Shown here: positions 38,131-48,179 of the stretch, in pieces
How positions within the stretch are numbered: position 1 is the first letter of the stretch
Layout: every line of letters starts with the position of its first letter
Assembly (NCBI GenBank): GCA_044507735.1
Contig: JBIQJB010000014.1
Span: forward strand, 1-51,571
Length of the DNA: 51,571 bases
Reading direction: 5' to 3'
From: Nitrosopumilales archaeon
Lineage (GTDB): Archaea > Thermoproteota > Nitrososphaeria > Nitrososphaerales > Nitrososphaeraceae
Program-made: the position numbers and the translations under genes
Notes under the pieces: model-generated
Told to the model about the DNA's origin: nothing
The model's input: the letters and a program-made list of their open reading frames with translations, nothing else
Databases searched by the model: none

Positions 38131-39444
38131 TTACTTTCTATTGGGGTCGTACTTGTCCGTGATGTTGAGCACGATGCCTGCGCCAATTGTAGTTCCCATG
38201 TCGCGGAGTGCAAACCTTCCAATCTCTGGGAAGTCCTTGAATGTCTCTATCGGAAGTGGCCTCACTGGTTTGATCTTGACGATTGCCGCGTCGCCTGTCT
38301 TTAGGAACTTGGGGTTCTCTTCGGTCGTTGCACCTGTCCTCGGGTCGATCTTGGAAACAAACGCAGAGATTGTTGCAGCCACCTGAGCAGTGTGAGTGTG
38401 CAGGACTGGCGTGTAACCCGGAGCGATTGCTGTCGGGTGGTGAATGACGATCAGTCTTGCCTCAAATTCCTTTGCGACGGTCGGCGGGTTGTCGGCTGGT
38501 CCGATCATGTCGCCGCGCTTGATCTGCTTCTTGTCTACGCCCCTGAGGTTGAAACCAACGTTGTCTCCAGCTTCGGCAGATTCCATCTGGGTGTGATGAG
38601 TTTCAATCGATTTGATTTCTCCGACGGCGCCAGACGGCATGACGACTACTTTGTCGTTTGCCTTCATCCTGCCTGTCTCGATCCTCCCGACAGGCACTGT
38701 TCCGACACCAGTGATAGAATACACATCTTGTATTGGAACTCTAAGGGGCTTGTCGACCGGCTTCTCTGGTGGGTCAAGCGCATCGAGTGCTGCGGCAAGG
38801 GTCGGACCCTTGTACCACGGCATGTTTGTTGATGGCTTTACCAAGTTGTCTCCCTTCCATCCCGAGATCGGGATAAAGTTGATCTTGGAAGTGTTGTAGC
38901 CTACCATCTTCAACATCTTTTCCACACTGTCCTTAACCTCCTTGTAGCGGGCTTCCTGATATCCAACATCATCCATCTTGTTTAATGCAACAACGATCTG
39001 ATTTACGCCAAGTGTCCTTGCAAGGAAAGCGTGCTCCCTTCCTTGGCCTCCAGGCTCGATCGACGCTTCTGTTTCACCCGGCTTGACAGAGATGACCAGG
39101 ATTGCCGCGTCTGCCTCAGACGCGCCGGTGATCATATTCTTGATGAAGTCCCTGTGACCCGGAGCATCGATCAGTGTGAAGAAGTACTTTGCCGTCTCGA
39201 ACTTTTGAAAAGCGAGATCGATAGTGATACCTCTTTCGCGCTCGTCCTTGATGCTGTCCAGCACCCAAGCGTACTTGAAGGTATCACCCTTGCCTGTTGA
39301 TTCAGATTCCTTTGCATATGCATCTATGGTTCTCTGGTCAATGGCACCCAGATCAACCAACAAATGACCTACAGTAGTTGATTTACCATTATCGACGTGA
39401 CCTGTAACCACCAAGTTCATGTGTGGCTTTTTGCTAGCGCTCAT
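38131..39444 (-). CDS. tuf: Translation elongation factor EF-1alpha
   Basis: GHVDNGKST, ERERGITID, DAPGHRDF, NKMD. Start taken at ATG 39444. Confidence 0.98.
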   Translation of the reverse strand: MSASKKPHMNLVVTGHVDNGKSTTVGHLLVDLGAIDQRTIDAYAKESESTGKGDTFKYAWVLDSIKDERERGITIDLAFQKFETAKYFFTLIDAPGHRDFIKNMITGASEADAAILVISVKPGETEASIEPGGQGREHAFLARTLGVNQIVVALNKMDDVGYQEARYKEVKDSVEKMLKMVGYNTSKINFIPISGWKGDNLVKPSTNMPWYKGPTLAAALDALDPPEKPVDKPLRVPIQDVYSITGVGTVPVGRIETGRMKANDKVVVMPSGAVGEIKSIETHHTQMESAEAGDNVGFNLRGVDKKQIKRGDMIGPADNPPTVAKEFEARLIVIHHPTAIAPGYTPVLHTHTAQVAATISAFVSKIDPRTGATTEENPKFLKTGDAAIVKIKPVRPLPIETFKDFPEIGRFALRDMGTTIGAGIVLNITDKYDPNRK

Positions 39445-39585
39445 AGAGCAAGAACGCTCCATGGGCTTTATTTGTATTTCGCCCGTGATTCGGACGAAAA
39501 TTGTACGTTCTCAATACATATTTTCAGTTCTAGATAACAAGTTATCGGAAAAGTTTTAAGCCAACAGGCATGAGTTTGTCACAGT

Positions 39586-40743
39586 ATGAGAATTACTGTG
39601 AGCGCCATCAAGGCAGACATTGGAGGAATTGGGGGTCACACATGCCCAAGTGAAAAACTTCTCGAAACCGTGAAGAATTTTGTTGCCAAGAATGCAAAGG
39701 GATTGCTTATCGATTATTACGTCGGATATACTGGTGACGACATTCATATCATAATGACGCATACGCGCGGCGTCGACGACGAAAAGATCCACAAGCTGGC
39801 ATGGGACGCCTTCACAGAAGGAACCAAGGTTGCAAAAGAACAGGGGCTTTATGGAGCAGGCCAAGACCTCTTGAGAGATTCTTTCTCAGGCAACGTCAAG
39901 GGCATGGGACCGGGCGTTGCTGAAATCGAAATGGAGGAGCGCCCAAGCGAAGTCTTTTGCGTTTTTGCCGCAGACAAGACAGAACCGGGAGCGTTTAACT
40001 TTCCGCTCTGGCGCATGTTCGTCGATGCGCGGAGCAATACTGGCCTCCTTATCAACGAGCGGCTTGCAGAGGGTGTTGTCTTCAGGATAATGGATGTCAT
40101 GACAGGCAAAGTCGCTGAGCTCAAGCTGTGGGAAGACAAAGCTGAGCTTGAGGCGGCACTGATGTATCCGGGCCGCTTTGTGGTTCACTCTGTCGTTTCC
40201 GCCGATCGCTCCGAACAGATAGTGTCCGCTTCCACTGACCGCTTGCACAACATAGCTGGTACTTATGTAGGGAAGGACGACCCTATCGCGATAGTAAGAA
40301 CGCAAAAGAACTTTCCGGCGACCGAAGAAGCAGGTAGCGCGTTCAACGATCCCCACTATGTTGCAGGCAACACAAGAGGCAGCCATCACATGCCCCTGAT
40401 GCCAGTAAAGCTCAATTCCGCCGCAAGCCTGAACTACTCTATCCCAATCGTTTCGTGCCTTCTCTTTAGCATGCACAACGGCAGGCTCACAGGACCGCAT
40501 GATGGCTTTGGAACCGCGGATTGGGACTTGCAGAGGATGTGGGCGTCAGAGCGGGCAATGATAATGCGCAACCAAGGCTTTATCCACCCTGCCACACTGG
40601 TGCCCGATGAGCTGGAATACAATAAGGGATATGAAGCGAGGATGAACAAGCTTCAGAGCAAGTTCCGCGACCTTGAAGACATTATGAACGGCAAGACCAA
40701 GTCGGCAACGACCGCGAGAACCAAAGCTGGCAGTAAGCATTGA
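39586..40743 (+). CDS. fbp: Bifunctional fructose-1,6-bisphosphate aldolase/phosphatase
   Basis: IKADIGG, GLYGAGQDLL.DSFSGNVKGMGPG, DKTEPGAFN, YVGKDDP. Confidence 0.96.
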   Translation: MRITVSAIKADIGGIGGHTCPSEKLLETVKNFVAKNAKGLLIDYYVGYTGDDIHIIMTHTRGVDDEKIHKLAWDAFTEGTKVAKEQGLYGAGQDLLRDSFSGNVKGMGPGVAEIEMEERPSEVFCVFAADKTEPGAFNFPLWRMFVDARSNTGLLINERLAEGVVFRIMDVMTGKVAELKLWEDKAELEAALMYPGRFVVHSVVSADRSEQIVSASTDRLHNIAGTYVGKDDPIAIVRTQKNFPATEEAGSAFNDPHYVAGNTRGSHHMPLMPVKLNSAASLNYSIPIVSCLLFSMHNGRLTGPHDGFGTADWDLQRMWASERAMIMRNQGFIHPATLVPDELEYNKGYEARMNKLQSKFRDLEDIMNGKTKSATTARTKAGSKH

Positions 40744-41399
40744 AAAGGCCGCTAATAATCAATTTCAAAAACTATGAAGAGATCTCGGGAGAGAAGGCTG
40801 TCGAATTAGCGAGAGCAGCAGAGGCGGTTGCAAAGAAGCTTGAAGTAGAGATAATGCTCGCGCCACCCCAGCCTGCATTAGCTCTTGTAGCCAAGAGTGT
40901 AAGAGTGCCGGTAATCTGTCAGCACGTTGACAGTGAAAAAATCGGTTCCTCCACAGGCTATTTCCTGCCGGAGATAGCCAAGTCGTACGGGGCTGTCGGA
41001 TCGCTGATAAACCACAGCGAGCACCGGATAGAGATGAAGCAGATCGAATCTCTGGTGGAGCGACTGAAAGGCCGGCACATGATTTCAATAGCGTGTGCGC
41101 GTGAACCTTGGGAGGTCATGGAGATATCAGCATTCCAGCCGGACTTTATCGCGATCGAGCCCCCAGATCTCATAGGAAGTGGCAGGGCTGTATCAAAGGA
41201 AAATCCAGAGATAATAACAAAATCGATCGAGGCTGCGGGCTCGCGCTCCAAAGTCATATGCGGGGCGGGCATCACAGACAAGGATGATGTTGCCAAAGCC
41301 ATCGAGCTGGGTTCCCAAGGTATTCTGGTAGCAAGCGGAATAATCAAAGCAAAGTCATGGGAAGACAAGATATCCGAGCTGGCTGCAAGTATGAAATAA
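40740..41399 (+). CDS. tpiA: Archaeal triosephosphate isomerase
   Basis: INFKNY, INHSEHR, AIEPPDLIGSG, CGAGI, GILVASG. Confidence 0.97.
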   Translation: MKRPLIINFKNYEEISGEKAVELARAAEAVAKKLEVEIMLAPPQPALALVAKSVRVPVICQHVDSEKIGSSTGYFLPEIAKSYGAVGSLINHSEHRIEMKQIESLVERLKGRHMISIACAREPWEVMEISAFQPDFIAIEPPDLIGSGRAVSKENPEIITKSIEAAGSRSKVICGAGITDKDDVAKAIELGSQGILVASGIIKAKSWEDKISELAASMK

Positions 41400-41516
41400 C
41401 TAATTCTCCCCCAAAAAGTGTTACTAAAAAAAGTTACAGTACAAATAACTATCAAGAATTTGCTCTAAATATAGAGAAATACCCTATTATATTTATCTTA
41501 TATAACTTAATACCAT

Positions 41517-42602
41517 TTGATGGAGACAGATAGATTAGCTAATAGAAAATTCGGTATTGTCTCAATACTTTTTGTTTCGGCAATACTGATGACAGCGACA
41601 CTAGCGAATTCCAGTGCATTCGCAGCCAAACAGACGCCATTAGATGGCGATGCAAGAGAGGCAAAATTCAATCAACTGTACCAAGACGATGCAGAGTTTA
41701 AACAAATAGTAGATACGTATAGAGAGATTTCAACAAAAGAAGAGGCATTGGCACAAGCCGATTGGGATCAGCTCAAAACGCTTTTCGACAGCATAAACAT
41801 AAAGATGGATGGCAAGACCCTAACTGAAGAAGAATGGAAGAATTACATGCCGCTTTTCAAGGAGGCCATCATCAGCAAGAGAGCTACTACTGCTTTGAAG
41901 AGCCAACCATCAAATGAAGTAACAGGATCAGCATCAACATCTTTACTTACACTTGTTGACACAGACTATATGCCAAGACTATACCAACCGACAATCGATA
42001 TAAACGGCGGCAGTCATGGAAGTCATACCCACAGCGGAGGGAATGGATTTCAAAAATATTATGTAAAGACATTTGATGAGACTGTCTATGGTTACACATT
42101 GACAGGAAAGATGATTTATGAAGTCACACTTGTGTTTGCAGATGAGGATTGTTTCTTTGCGGGCAGCAACTTTTGTGATACCGCTCATGACAACCAGAGA
42201 TTGTCAGATTGGGGCAGAATGAAAGACTTGGAATCATTCTTCATAGTAGTAGATAAATCAACTGGCAATGTTGACCATATATCCTTCATAAAAATAACCT
42301 TGAACAAAGTCGGCGGAGGAACTAGAACAGCTGATGGAGCCTATACTTACATCAAACACTTTGATGATTCAGATCACAATGTAGAGAAAGACTTCTCGTG
42401 GACATACTATACCGGGAAACACATGAGGATATGGGTAAACACTTGGAATCATGCCATGACTGATGTAGATACCAATAGCGATTTGTCCGATACCGGCTTT
42501 AGCGTATGGACATACACAAAGAATTCCGGTGCTAGATGGCAAGCAGAAAATGCTGAATCGACGATTGACTATAGCTCCCAATCACTGCCGCTATCGCCTT
42601 GA
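41517..42602 (+). CDS. Secreted hypothetical protein (helical N-terminal region plus beta-rich C-terminal domain)
   Basis: 361-aa ORF, signal peptide ending SAFA, AT-rich codon usage. Confidence 0.8.
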   Translation: MMETDRLANRKFGIVSILFVSAILMTATLANSSAFAAKQTPLDGDAREAKFNQLYQDDAEFKQIVDTYREISTKEEALAQADWDQLKTLFDSINIKMDGKTLTEEEWKNYMPLFKEAIISKRATTALKSQPSNEVTGSASTSLLTLVDTDYMPRLYQPTIDINGGSHGSHTHSGGNGFQKYYVKTFDETVYGYTLTGKMIYEVTLVFADEDCFFAGSNFCDTAHDNQRLSDWGRMKDLESFFIVVDKSTGNVDHISFIKITLNKVGGGTRTADGAYTYIKHFDDSDHNVEKDFSWTYYTGKHMRIWVNTWNHAMTDVDTNSDLSDTGFSVWTYTKNSGARWQAENAESTIDYSSQSLPLSP

Positions 42603-42629
42603 GCAAGGCGATCACTTTCTTTTTATTTT
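42593..42629 (+). terminator. Hairpin plus T-tract terminator
   Basis: ATCGCCTTG-AG-CAAGGCGAT followed by TTTCTTTTTATTTT. Confidence 0.55.
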
Positions 42630-42660
42630 AGGATGATGTAGTAGTAAAAGAGGATAAAAT

Positions 42661-43083
42661 ATGAAATTAGGACAAATTGGGATATGGACTTTAACCGCTG
42701 TATCTGCAATACTTTTCATACGTGCATCAATAGTTCCATTCTTTGCTGTCTATGGAGACCCATTAGATGAAATGTTCATGAGCACATTTTCATTGGCATT
42801 CATATCTGCAGCGTTTGCTCTTTCTATAAAGAAAGGCTCCTTTGTAGTCGGTTCTGTAATGACTTCAATAGGTGCGTTTTACATATACAATGGCAATCGC
42901 ATATTTGGTTTGATAACAGAAGAAATTGCCAGAGACCCTAATAGCCAAGGTATGGTTGCTGCAAATGTCTACACGATGGTAATTGGAGTTATCATACTTG
43001 CACTTGGCATTTTCTCCATAATCAGAAAATCTGAAGAAAGAAAAAGAAGTTCAAGCATAGCAAGAGTATCTATGGATGCCTGA
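42661..43083 (+). CDS. Hypothetical four-TM membrane protein
   Basis: 140 aa, four hydrophobic segments, basic C-tail, AGAGGA upstream. Confidence 0.75.
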   Translation: MKLGQIGIWTLTAVSAILFIRASIVPFFAVYGDPLDEMFMSTFSLAFISAAFALSIKKGSFVVGSVMTSIGAFYIYNGNRIFGLITEEIARDPNSQGMVAANVYTMVIGVIILALGIFSIIRKSEERKRSSSIARVSMDA

Positions 43084-43274
43084 TATCCCGCGACAGCCCA
43101 CACTTTTCTTTAAACTAGATTTTGTTGCATATACAATTATCCATAGTCTGACTACCTATCATTATGCAACAAAATTACAGTTTAATTCATTGCGGAAATG
43201 GCTTTTTTCACGATCGTTATGCAACAAGACGGCAGTTCGATTCTTTGATGTAACCAGGCAGAACCTCCACATGC

Positions 43275-43913
43275 CTACTCACCCTTCGGTAGCGGCAGGT
43301 TCCAGTTGTATTTCATTGCAAGTAGTCTCAGTGCAGTGGCTGCGACGATACTTGGTATGGCTGCTATGTTCAGATCTATGCCCGCAGTTAACAGTCCAAA
43401 AAATATGACGACCCCGATAAAGCTTGCTGACGCATATAGCTCTTTGACAAAGACTATTGGCACTTCGTTGACAAATACATCACGCAGGATCCCTCCGCCG
43501 ACAGCAGTGAGAACTCCCGCAATAGCCATTACAAGAAAATTCAGTCCAAACAGGTGGTAAGCAAAGGTCGCGCCGATAACAGTAAAAACTCCGAGCCCGA
43601 TAGCGTCAAATTGTAGGAAAAGATTCCAGTGCTTTTTGAGGAATCTGTAGAGAAAAAACATCACAACTCCTGTCGCCACAGTGATTGTTAGGTACATAGG
43701 GTTGACCATTGCAAGCGGCGGTATCCTGCCAAAAAGTACGTCCCTCATCACTCCCCCTGCGACTCCAGTCATAGTCGCGAGTATAACTATCCCAACGGCG
43801 TCAGATTTGTGCTCTATCGCCTTGAAGGCGCCTGTGACTGCAAATGCCATGGTGCCAAAGAGGTCCAGCGCCTGTATCAGGAGTGGAACTGGCAAGATGT
43901 TGTCAGAAGACAA
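43275..43913 (-). CDS. Trimeric intracellular cation channel (TRIC/UPF0126) family protein
   Basis: DLFGTMAFAVTGA, GGVMRDVL, DAIGLG, GGGILRD, ELYASAS. Start taken at TTG 43913 (ORF track 44018). Confidence 0.9.
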   Translation of the reverse strand: MSSDNILPVPLLIQALDLFGTMAFAVTGAFKAIEHKSDAVGIVILATMTGVAGGVMRDVLFGRIPPLAMVNPMYLTITVATGVVMFFLYRFLKKHWNLFLQFDAIGLGVFTVIGATFAYHLFGLNFLVMAIAGVLTAVGGGILRDVFVNEVPIVFVKELYASASFIGVVIFFGLLTAGIDLNIAAIPSIVAATALRLLAMKYNWNLPLPKGE

Positions 43914-44055
43914 TACGATCACCCAGACATGCCAGCAGCCTGTTCCGCCCCAATTTAACAGCGAGGACAGGAATTTGAAATTATCGGTATGTTTGTGTGT
44001 ATGTTCATATGTGCACAACGTTTTAAACCAGTAGAGCAGTTGATTATCATCTCAT

Positions 44056-46743
44056 ATGTCAGAAGAAAGTCTTGGCGGGTCACCGGTCATCACAAAGCCA
44101 ATATACTTTTTCGAAGAGGCTGATGGGTCGAACAAGGCGCTTCTTGGGAGCAAGGGAGCAGGGCTTGCAGAGATGACCAAGCTTGGGTTGCCTGTCCCAC
44201 CTGGTTTTATAATTACCACGGAAATTTGCGAAAAATTCTACGAAGCAGGCAAACGGCTGCCTGATGGCCTGATGGACGAAGTGCGGAAATCCATCCGGCG
44301 GCTTGAAGTTTCAACTGGAAGGAAATTTGGTGACCCGGGCAATCCACTTTTGGTATCAGTACGCTCTGGCGCGCCAGTGTCAATGCCTGGCATGCTGGAT
44401 ACGATTCTCAACCTTGGACTCAATGACGAAACGGTAGAAGGTCTCGCTAAGCAAAGCAACGATCCAAGGTTTGCATGGGATGCATATCGGAGATTCATAC
44501 AAATGTTTGGAAAGGTGGCCTTCGGGATAGACGACCGCAAATTTGATGCAACGCTTGCTGGCAAGGACCTGTCAAACGCAAAGGTGATCAAGAGCATTGC
44601 AATGTCGTTCAAGTCGCTCTGCGAAGCCACAGGAAGAAAGTTCCCCGCAGACCCATACAAACAACTAGAGCTTGCAATCGATGCGGTGTTCAGATCGTGG
44701 ACTGGCAAGCGCGCCGTTGAATATCGCCGTCAGTACAGTATCACTCAGGACATGGCCAATGGAACCGCCGCAACAATTGTTGCGATGGTATTCGGCAACA
44801 TGGGAGAGGACAGTTGCACAGGCGTAGTGTTTACTCGCGACCCGGAAACAGGAGAAAAGAGACTCTATGGTGATTATCTTGTGAACGCGCAAGGAGAGGA
44901 TGTTGTGTCGGGCAAGACCAATCCAAACCACATTGATTCTCTTGCCCGCGAAATGCCAGATGTATATGCTCAGTTGGTAAAGGTATGCGAGAAGCTGGAA
45001 AATCACTTCAAGGAACCACAAGATGTCGAGTTCACTGTCGAAAAGGGAAGGCTATACATCCTCCAGACAAGGGCTGCCAAGATGAACGCGGTGGCGGCCG
45101 TCAAGACTTCGATAGACCTTTACCACGAGGGTCTGATAAACAAGACTGCTGCCTTGGAGCGCATAGATCCAGAGGGACTGGAACAGATCCTATACAGGCG
45201 CATCGATCCTCATCCAAAACAAAAAGCGATCGCAACTGGGATCGGCGCGTCACCCGGCGCAGCCAGTGGCATTGCAGTTTTTGATGTAGAACGCGCAGAG
45301 GCGCTTGGACGGAAAGGCGACAAAGTCATTCTGGTCAGGGAAGACACAAAGCCAGACGACGTGCAGGCATTTTTCCAGTCGGCCGGCATACTAACCAGCC
45401 GCGGTGGCAAGACATCTCATGCAGCAGTTGTAGCGCGCGGGATGGGCAAGCCTTGCGTTGTAGGCTGCTCGCAGATAGAGATCGACCAAGAAGGTAGAAG
45501 CTTTAGTATCAACGGCAAAAAGGTGGTAAGCGAGGGTCAAAAGATTACAATTGATGGCTCTACCGGCAGAGTGTATGCAGGAGAAATCCCTACAGTAGAA
45601 CCCGAGATCACATCCGAGCTGAAAGAACTCCTGCAATGGTCTTCAGAAATGAAAGGGATCAAGATACGGGCAAACGCTGATACCGTGTCAAGTGCTGCTC
45701 TTGCACGAAAGTACGGCGCAGAGGGAATCGGCCTCTGCAGGACAGAACGCATGTTTAACCAGCACGATAGGATAATGCAGTTTGTCAACATGATAATGGC
45801 AGGGAGCGAAGAGGAGCGCAGGAAGACACTCGCAGAGCTTGAACCACTACAAAAGTCTGACTTTAAGGAGATCCTGAGAGAAATGAGGGGTCTGCCCGTG
45901 ACAATTAGGTTGTTGGACCCGCCGCTGCACGAGTTCCTGCCAAAGCAAGAAGACCTGATGCAAAAGATCTTTGAGTTAAAGTCAGCAGCCAGTGGCAAGG
46001 ATCAGGAGGAAATTGCCCGCATAGAAAAGGTCCTTCACCGCGTGCACGAGCTCTCAGAGATAAATCCGATGCTGGGGCACAGGGGAGTGAGGATAGGGAT
46101 TTCATTCCCCGAGATCTACGAAACCCAGATCCGGTCAGTCTGCGAAGCGGCCGCAGAATTGACAAAAGAGGGCATAGGAGTTGAGCCCCAGATTATGGTG
46201 CCGCAGGTAGGATTGGTAGAAGAGCTGTCAGCAGTTCGCCAGATATTTGAGTCAGTAAAGCGAGAAGTAGAACACAGACACAAGATAAAGCTCAAAATCA
46301 AGTTCGGCAGCATGATCGAAGTCGTTCGTGCGTGTCTTGTTGCTGACGAGATTGCTCACGTCGTGGATTTCATCAGTTTTGGTACCAATGACCTTACCCA
46401 AGCTACATTCAGTTTTAGCAGGGAAGACGCGGAGGGCAAGTTTCTGCCCTTTTACTTGGAAAAGGAGATCTTGAACGTCAATCCATTCCAGAGCATTGAC
46501 ACAAAGGGCGTGGGGAAACTTATGAAGATGGCAGTAGATATGGCTAGAAGCGTAAAGAAGGACATCGAGATTGGGATCTGTGGCGAGCACGGAGGCGACC
46601 CCCGCTCAATCGCGTTCTGTGCGGCTACCGGGCTTGACTATGTGAGCACTTCGTCTCATAGGATACCGATAGCCATCTTGGCCGCTGCCCAGTCTGCAAT
46701 CCAGCAGAACAAGCGCCTACAACAGCATCCTACTATAGCTTAA
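44056..46743 (+). CDS. ppdK: Pyruvate, phosphate dikinase
   Basis: LLVSVRSGA, NAQGEDVV, GGKTSHAAVVARG, GIGLCRTE, SFGTNDLTQ, GICGEHGGDP. Confidence 0.97.
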   Translation: MSEESLGGSPVITKPIYFFEEADGSNKALLGSKGAGLAEMTKLGLPVPPGFIITTEICEKFYEAGKRLPDGLMDEVRKSIRRLEVSTGRKFGDPGNPLLVSVRSGAPVSMPGMLDTILNLGLNDETVEGLAKQSNDPRFAWDAYRRFIQMFGKVAFGIDDRKFDATLAGKDLSNAKVIKSIAMSFKSLCEATGRKFPADPYKQLELAIDAVFRSWTGKRAVEYRRQYSITQDMANGTAATIVAMVFGNMGEDSCTGVVFTRDPETGEKRLYGDYLVNAQGEDVVSGKTNPNHIDSLAREMPDVYAQLVKVCEKLENHFKEPQDVEFTVEKGRLYILQTRAAKMNAVAAVKTSIDLYHEGLINKTAALERIDPEGLEQILYRRIDPHPKQKAIATGIGASPGAASGIAVFDVERAEALGRKGDKVILVREDTKPDDVQAFFQSAGILTSRGGKTSHAAVVARGMGKPCVVGCSQIEIDQEGRSFSINGKKVVSEGQKITIDGSTGRVYAGEIPTVEPEITSELKELLQWSSEMKGIKIRANADTVSSAALARKYGAEGIGLCRTERMFNQHDRIMQFVNMIMAGSEEERRKTLAELEPLQKSDFKEILREMRGLPVTIRLLDPPLHEFLPKQEDLMQKIFELKSAASGKDQEEIARIEKVLHRVHELSEINPMLGHRGVRIGISFPEIYETQIRSVCEAAAELTKEGIGVEPQIMVPQVGLVEELSAVRQIFESVKREVEHRHKIKLKIKFGSMIEVVRACLVADEIAHVVDFISFGTNDLTQATFSFSREDAEGKFLPFYLEKEILNVNPFQSIDTKGVGKLMKMAVDMARSVKKDIEIGICGEHGGDPRSIAFCAATGLDYVSTSSHRIPIAILAAAQSAIQQNKRLQQHPTIA

Positions 46744-46773
46744 AATGTGGGAATTAGTCCAAGAATCAAGAAG

Positions 46774-46941
46774 ATGGCAGCTCCAAGCGGAGGCGGTAAC
46801 GTAACCTATGAGTGCATGCGCTGCGGTACACCTGTGACCGTAGAAGAACTGTCAAGGCTGCCAGAGATTAAGTGCATCTGCGGTTTCAGGGTATTCCGCA
46901 AGGCAAGACCGCCCATAGTAAAGCAACTAAAGGCAATCTAG
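46774..46941 (+). CDS. rpoP: RNA polymerase subunit P (Rpo12)
   Basis: YECMRCG...IKC.CGFRVFRKARPPIVKQLKAI. Start ATG 46774 or GTG 46747. Confidence 0.92.
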   Translation: MAAPSGGGNVTYECMRCGTPVTVEELSRLPEIKCICGFRVFRKARPPIVKQLKAI

Positions 46942-46944
46942 CAA

Positions 46945-47154
46945 CTAACCATTTTTCCTTTCTTCTCTTGTCCTGTTGTATGAATGGAACTTCTTTGCAT
47001 GGTCTCGCATCTGCTCCATTCCTTCAAAGCCCATGTTGCATTCGTTGCACATGTATAGTCGCTGCTCATGTGCGATTTGTTGGTGGTGCATGAGCTCCTC
47101 GATCTTGCCAAACTTGTTTCCACACTTTTCACATTTATGCTTCTTGAACAACAT
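46945..47154 (-). CDS. Small tandem C2H2 zinc-finger protein
   Basis: CEKC...F....L..H...AH and CNEC...F.......H...FH. Confidence 0.85.
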   Translation of the reverse strand: MLFKKHKCEKCGNKFGKIEELMHHQQIAHEQRLYMCNECNMGFEGMEQMRDHAKKFHSYNRTREERKNG

Positions 47155-47159
47155 ACCAG

Positions 47160-47588
47160 CTAATCATCACTCCTTCTGTTCCGACTATCCCAACACTTCC
47201 TGCACAGGTTTCCTTCAATGTGCCATGCGGGCTTTGGATGGTAATAGAACATTCCCAACTTGCCGTTGCAGAGAGCACAAAAGTTCATCTTTTTGTTATA
47301 ATCTGCATCCTTCTTACGATAGCAGCTATCGCATAACAGAGTGCCCGGCTCCATCTCCCACTGCCACTTTGGCTTATTGGCAATATCGCCAAGCTCCTTG
47401 CCACACATTGCGCAAGTGTCCGCTGTTTCTTCCTCCTTGAGCATAAACTCCTTTGTCTTTTCAACGTGACAACCGCCGCAGAGAAGACCTTCTATACCCC
47501 AGCCATCACCGGGCTTGTATCTGTGGCGACCGAGCTCTTTGCCACATACTGCGCAATATGCAACCTGCTTCTTGCCGAATATGTGCAA
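47160..47588 (-). CDS. Triple-repeat Cys4 zinc-binding protein
   Basis: Three units of CAxC.K.LG...P..W...G.LCxxC. Confidence 0.8.
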   Translation of the reverse strand: MHIFGKKQVAYCAVCGKELGRHRYKPGDGWGIEGLLCGGCHVEKTKEFMLKEEETADTCAMCGKELGDIANKPKWQWEMEPGTLLCDSCYRKKDADYNKKMNFCALCNGKLGMFYYHPKPAWHIEGNLCRKCWDSRNRRSDD

Positions 47589-48179
47589 GCGAAATTATTT
47601 GACTGCACTGATACAAAAATGTATACGTCATTGCAAGAGATCGTTATCTAGTTCATTTCAACTTGGCATACCACAGCTCAACCTGTTTCGGAAGAATAAG
47701 CTGCACCCTCACAGCACACCGGTTATCACATACACTCAATGTCCGTCAAGCGTCTTGGTGGGTTATTGACAGGTTTCCGAAATGCTCAACGCGACGTAGG
47801 AATGTGTGTATCACTGCCAGAGATTGCGGATGCAAAAAGAGGATGTTGCAATAAAAGTGGGTCCTGAGCTTTTTCAGAGCCCTGCCAAGGTTCAGACTAA
47901 AGAGCAACCAAAGGAGGTTTTGGAAGAATCAAGGCCACAATATTGTGGAAATCCTAGAAGCGCGGAACAGGATGCAATGCACAAAATAAGCTGGCAGCGG
48001 GTTGACCAACATGCCGTATGAATCGGGTAATAACCCCAGAACTCCAATTATGAGACCTAGATTCAGTACTTTGTTATTCATAAATATTACATGAATTGAT
48101 ACTAAAGATTATACTATAATTACAAAATAGTCGAACTAATCAAAAAATATTTAATCCTTGAACAGTTCATTGCCCGTTA

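Noticed and set aside
47663-48021. Short ORFs and a two-unit TGCAATGCA at about 47973 upstream of nirK
   Set aside because: ORFs are unsupported. The motif has only two units and lies about 200 nt from the start.
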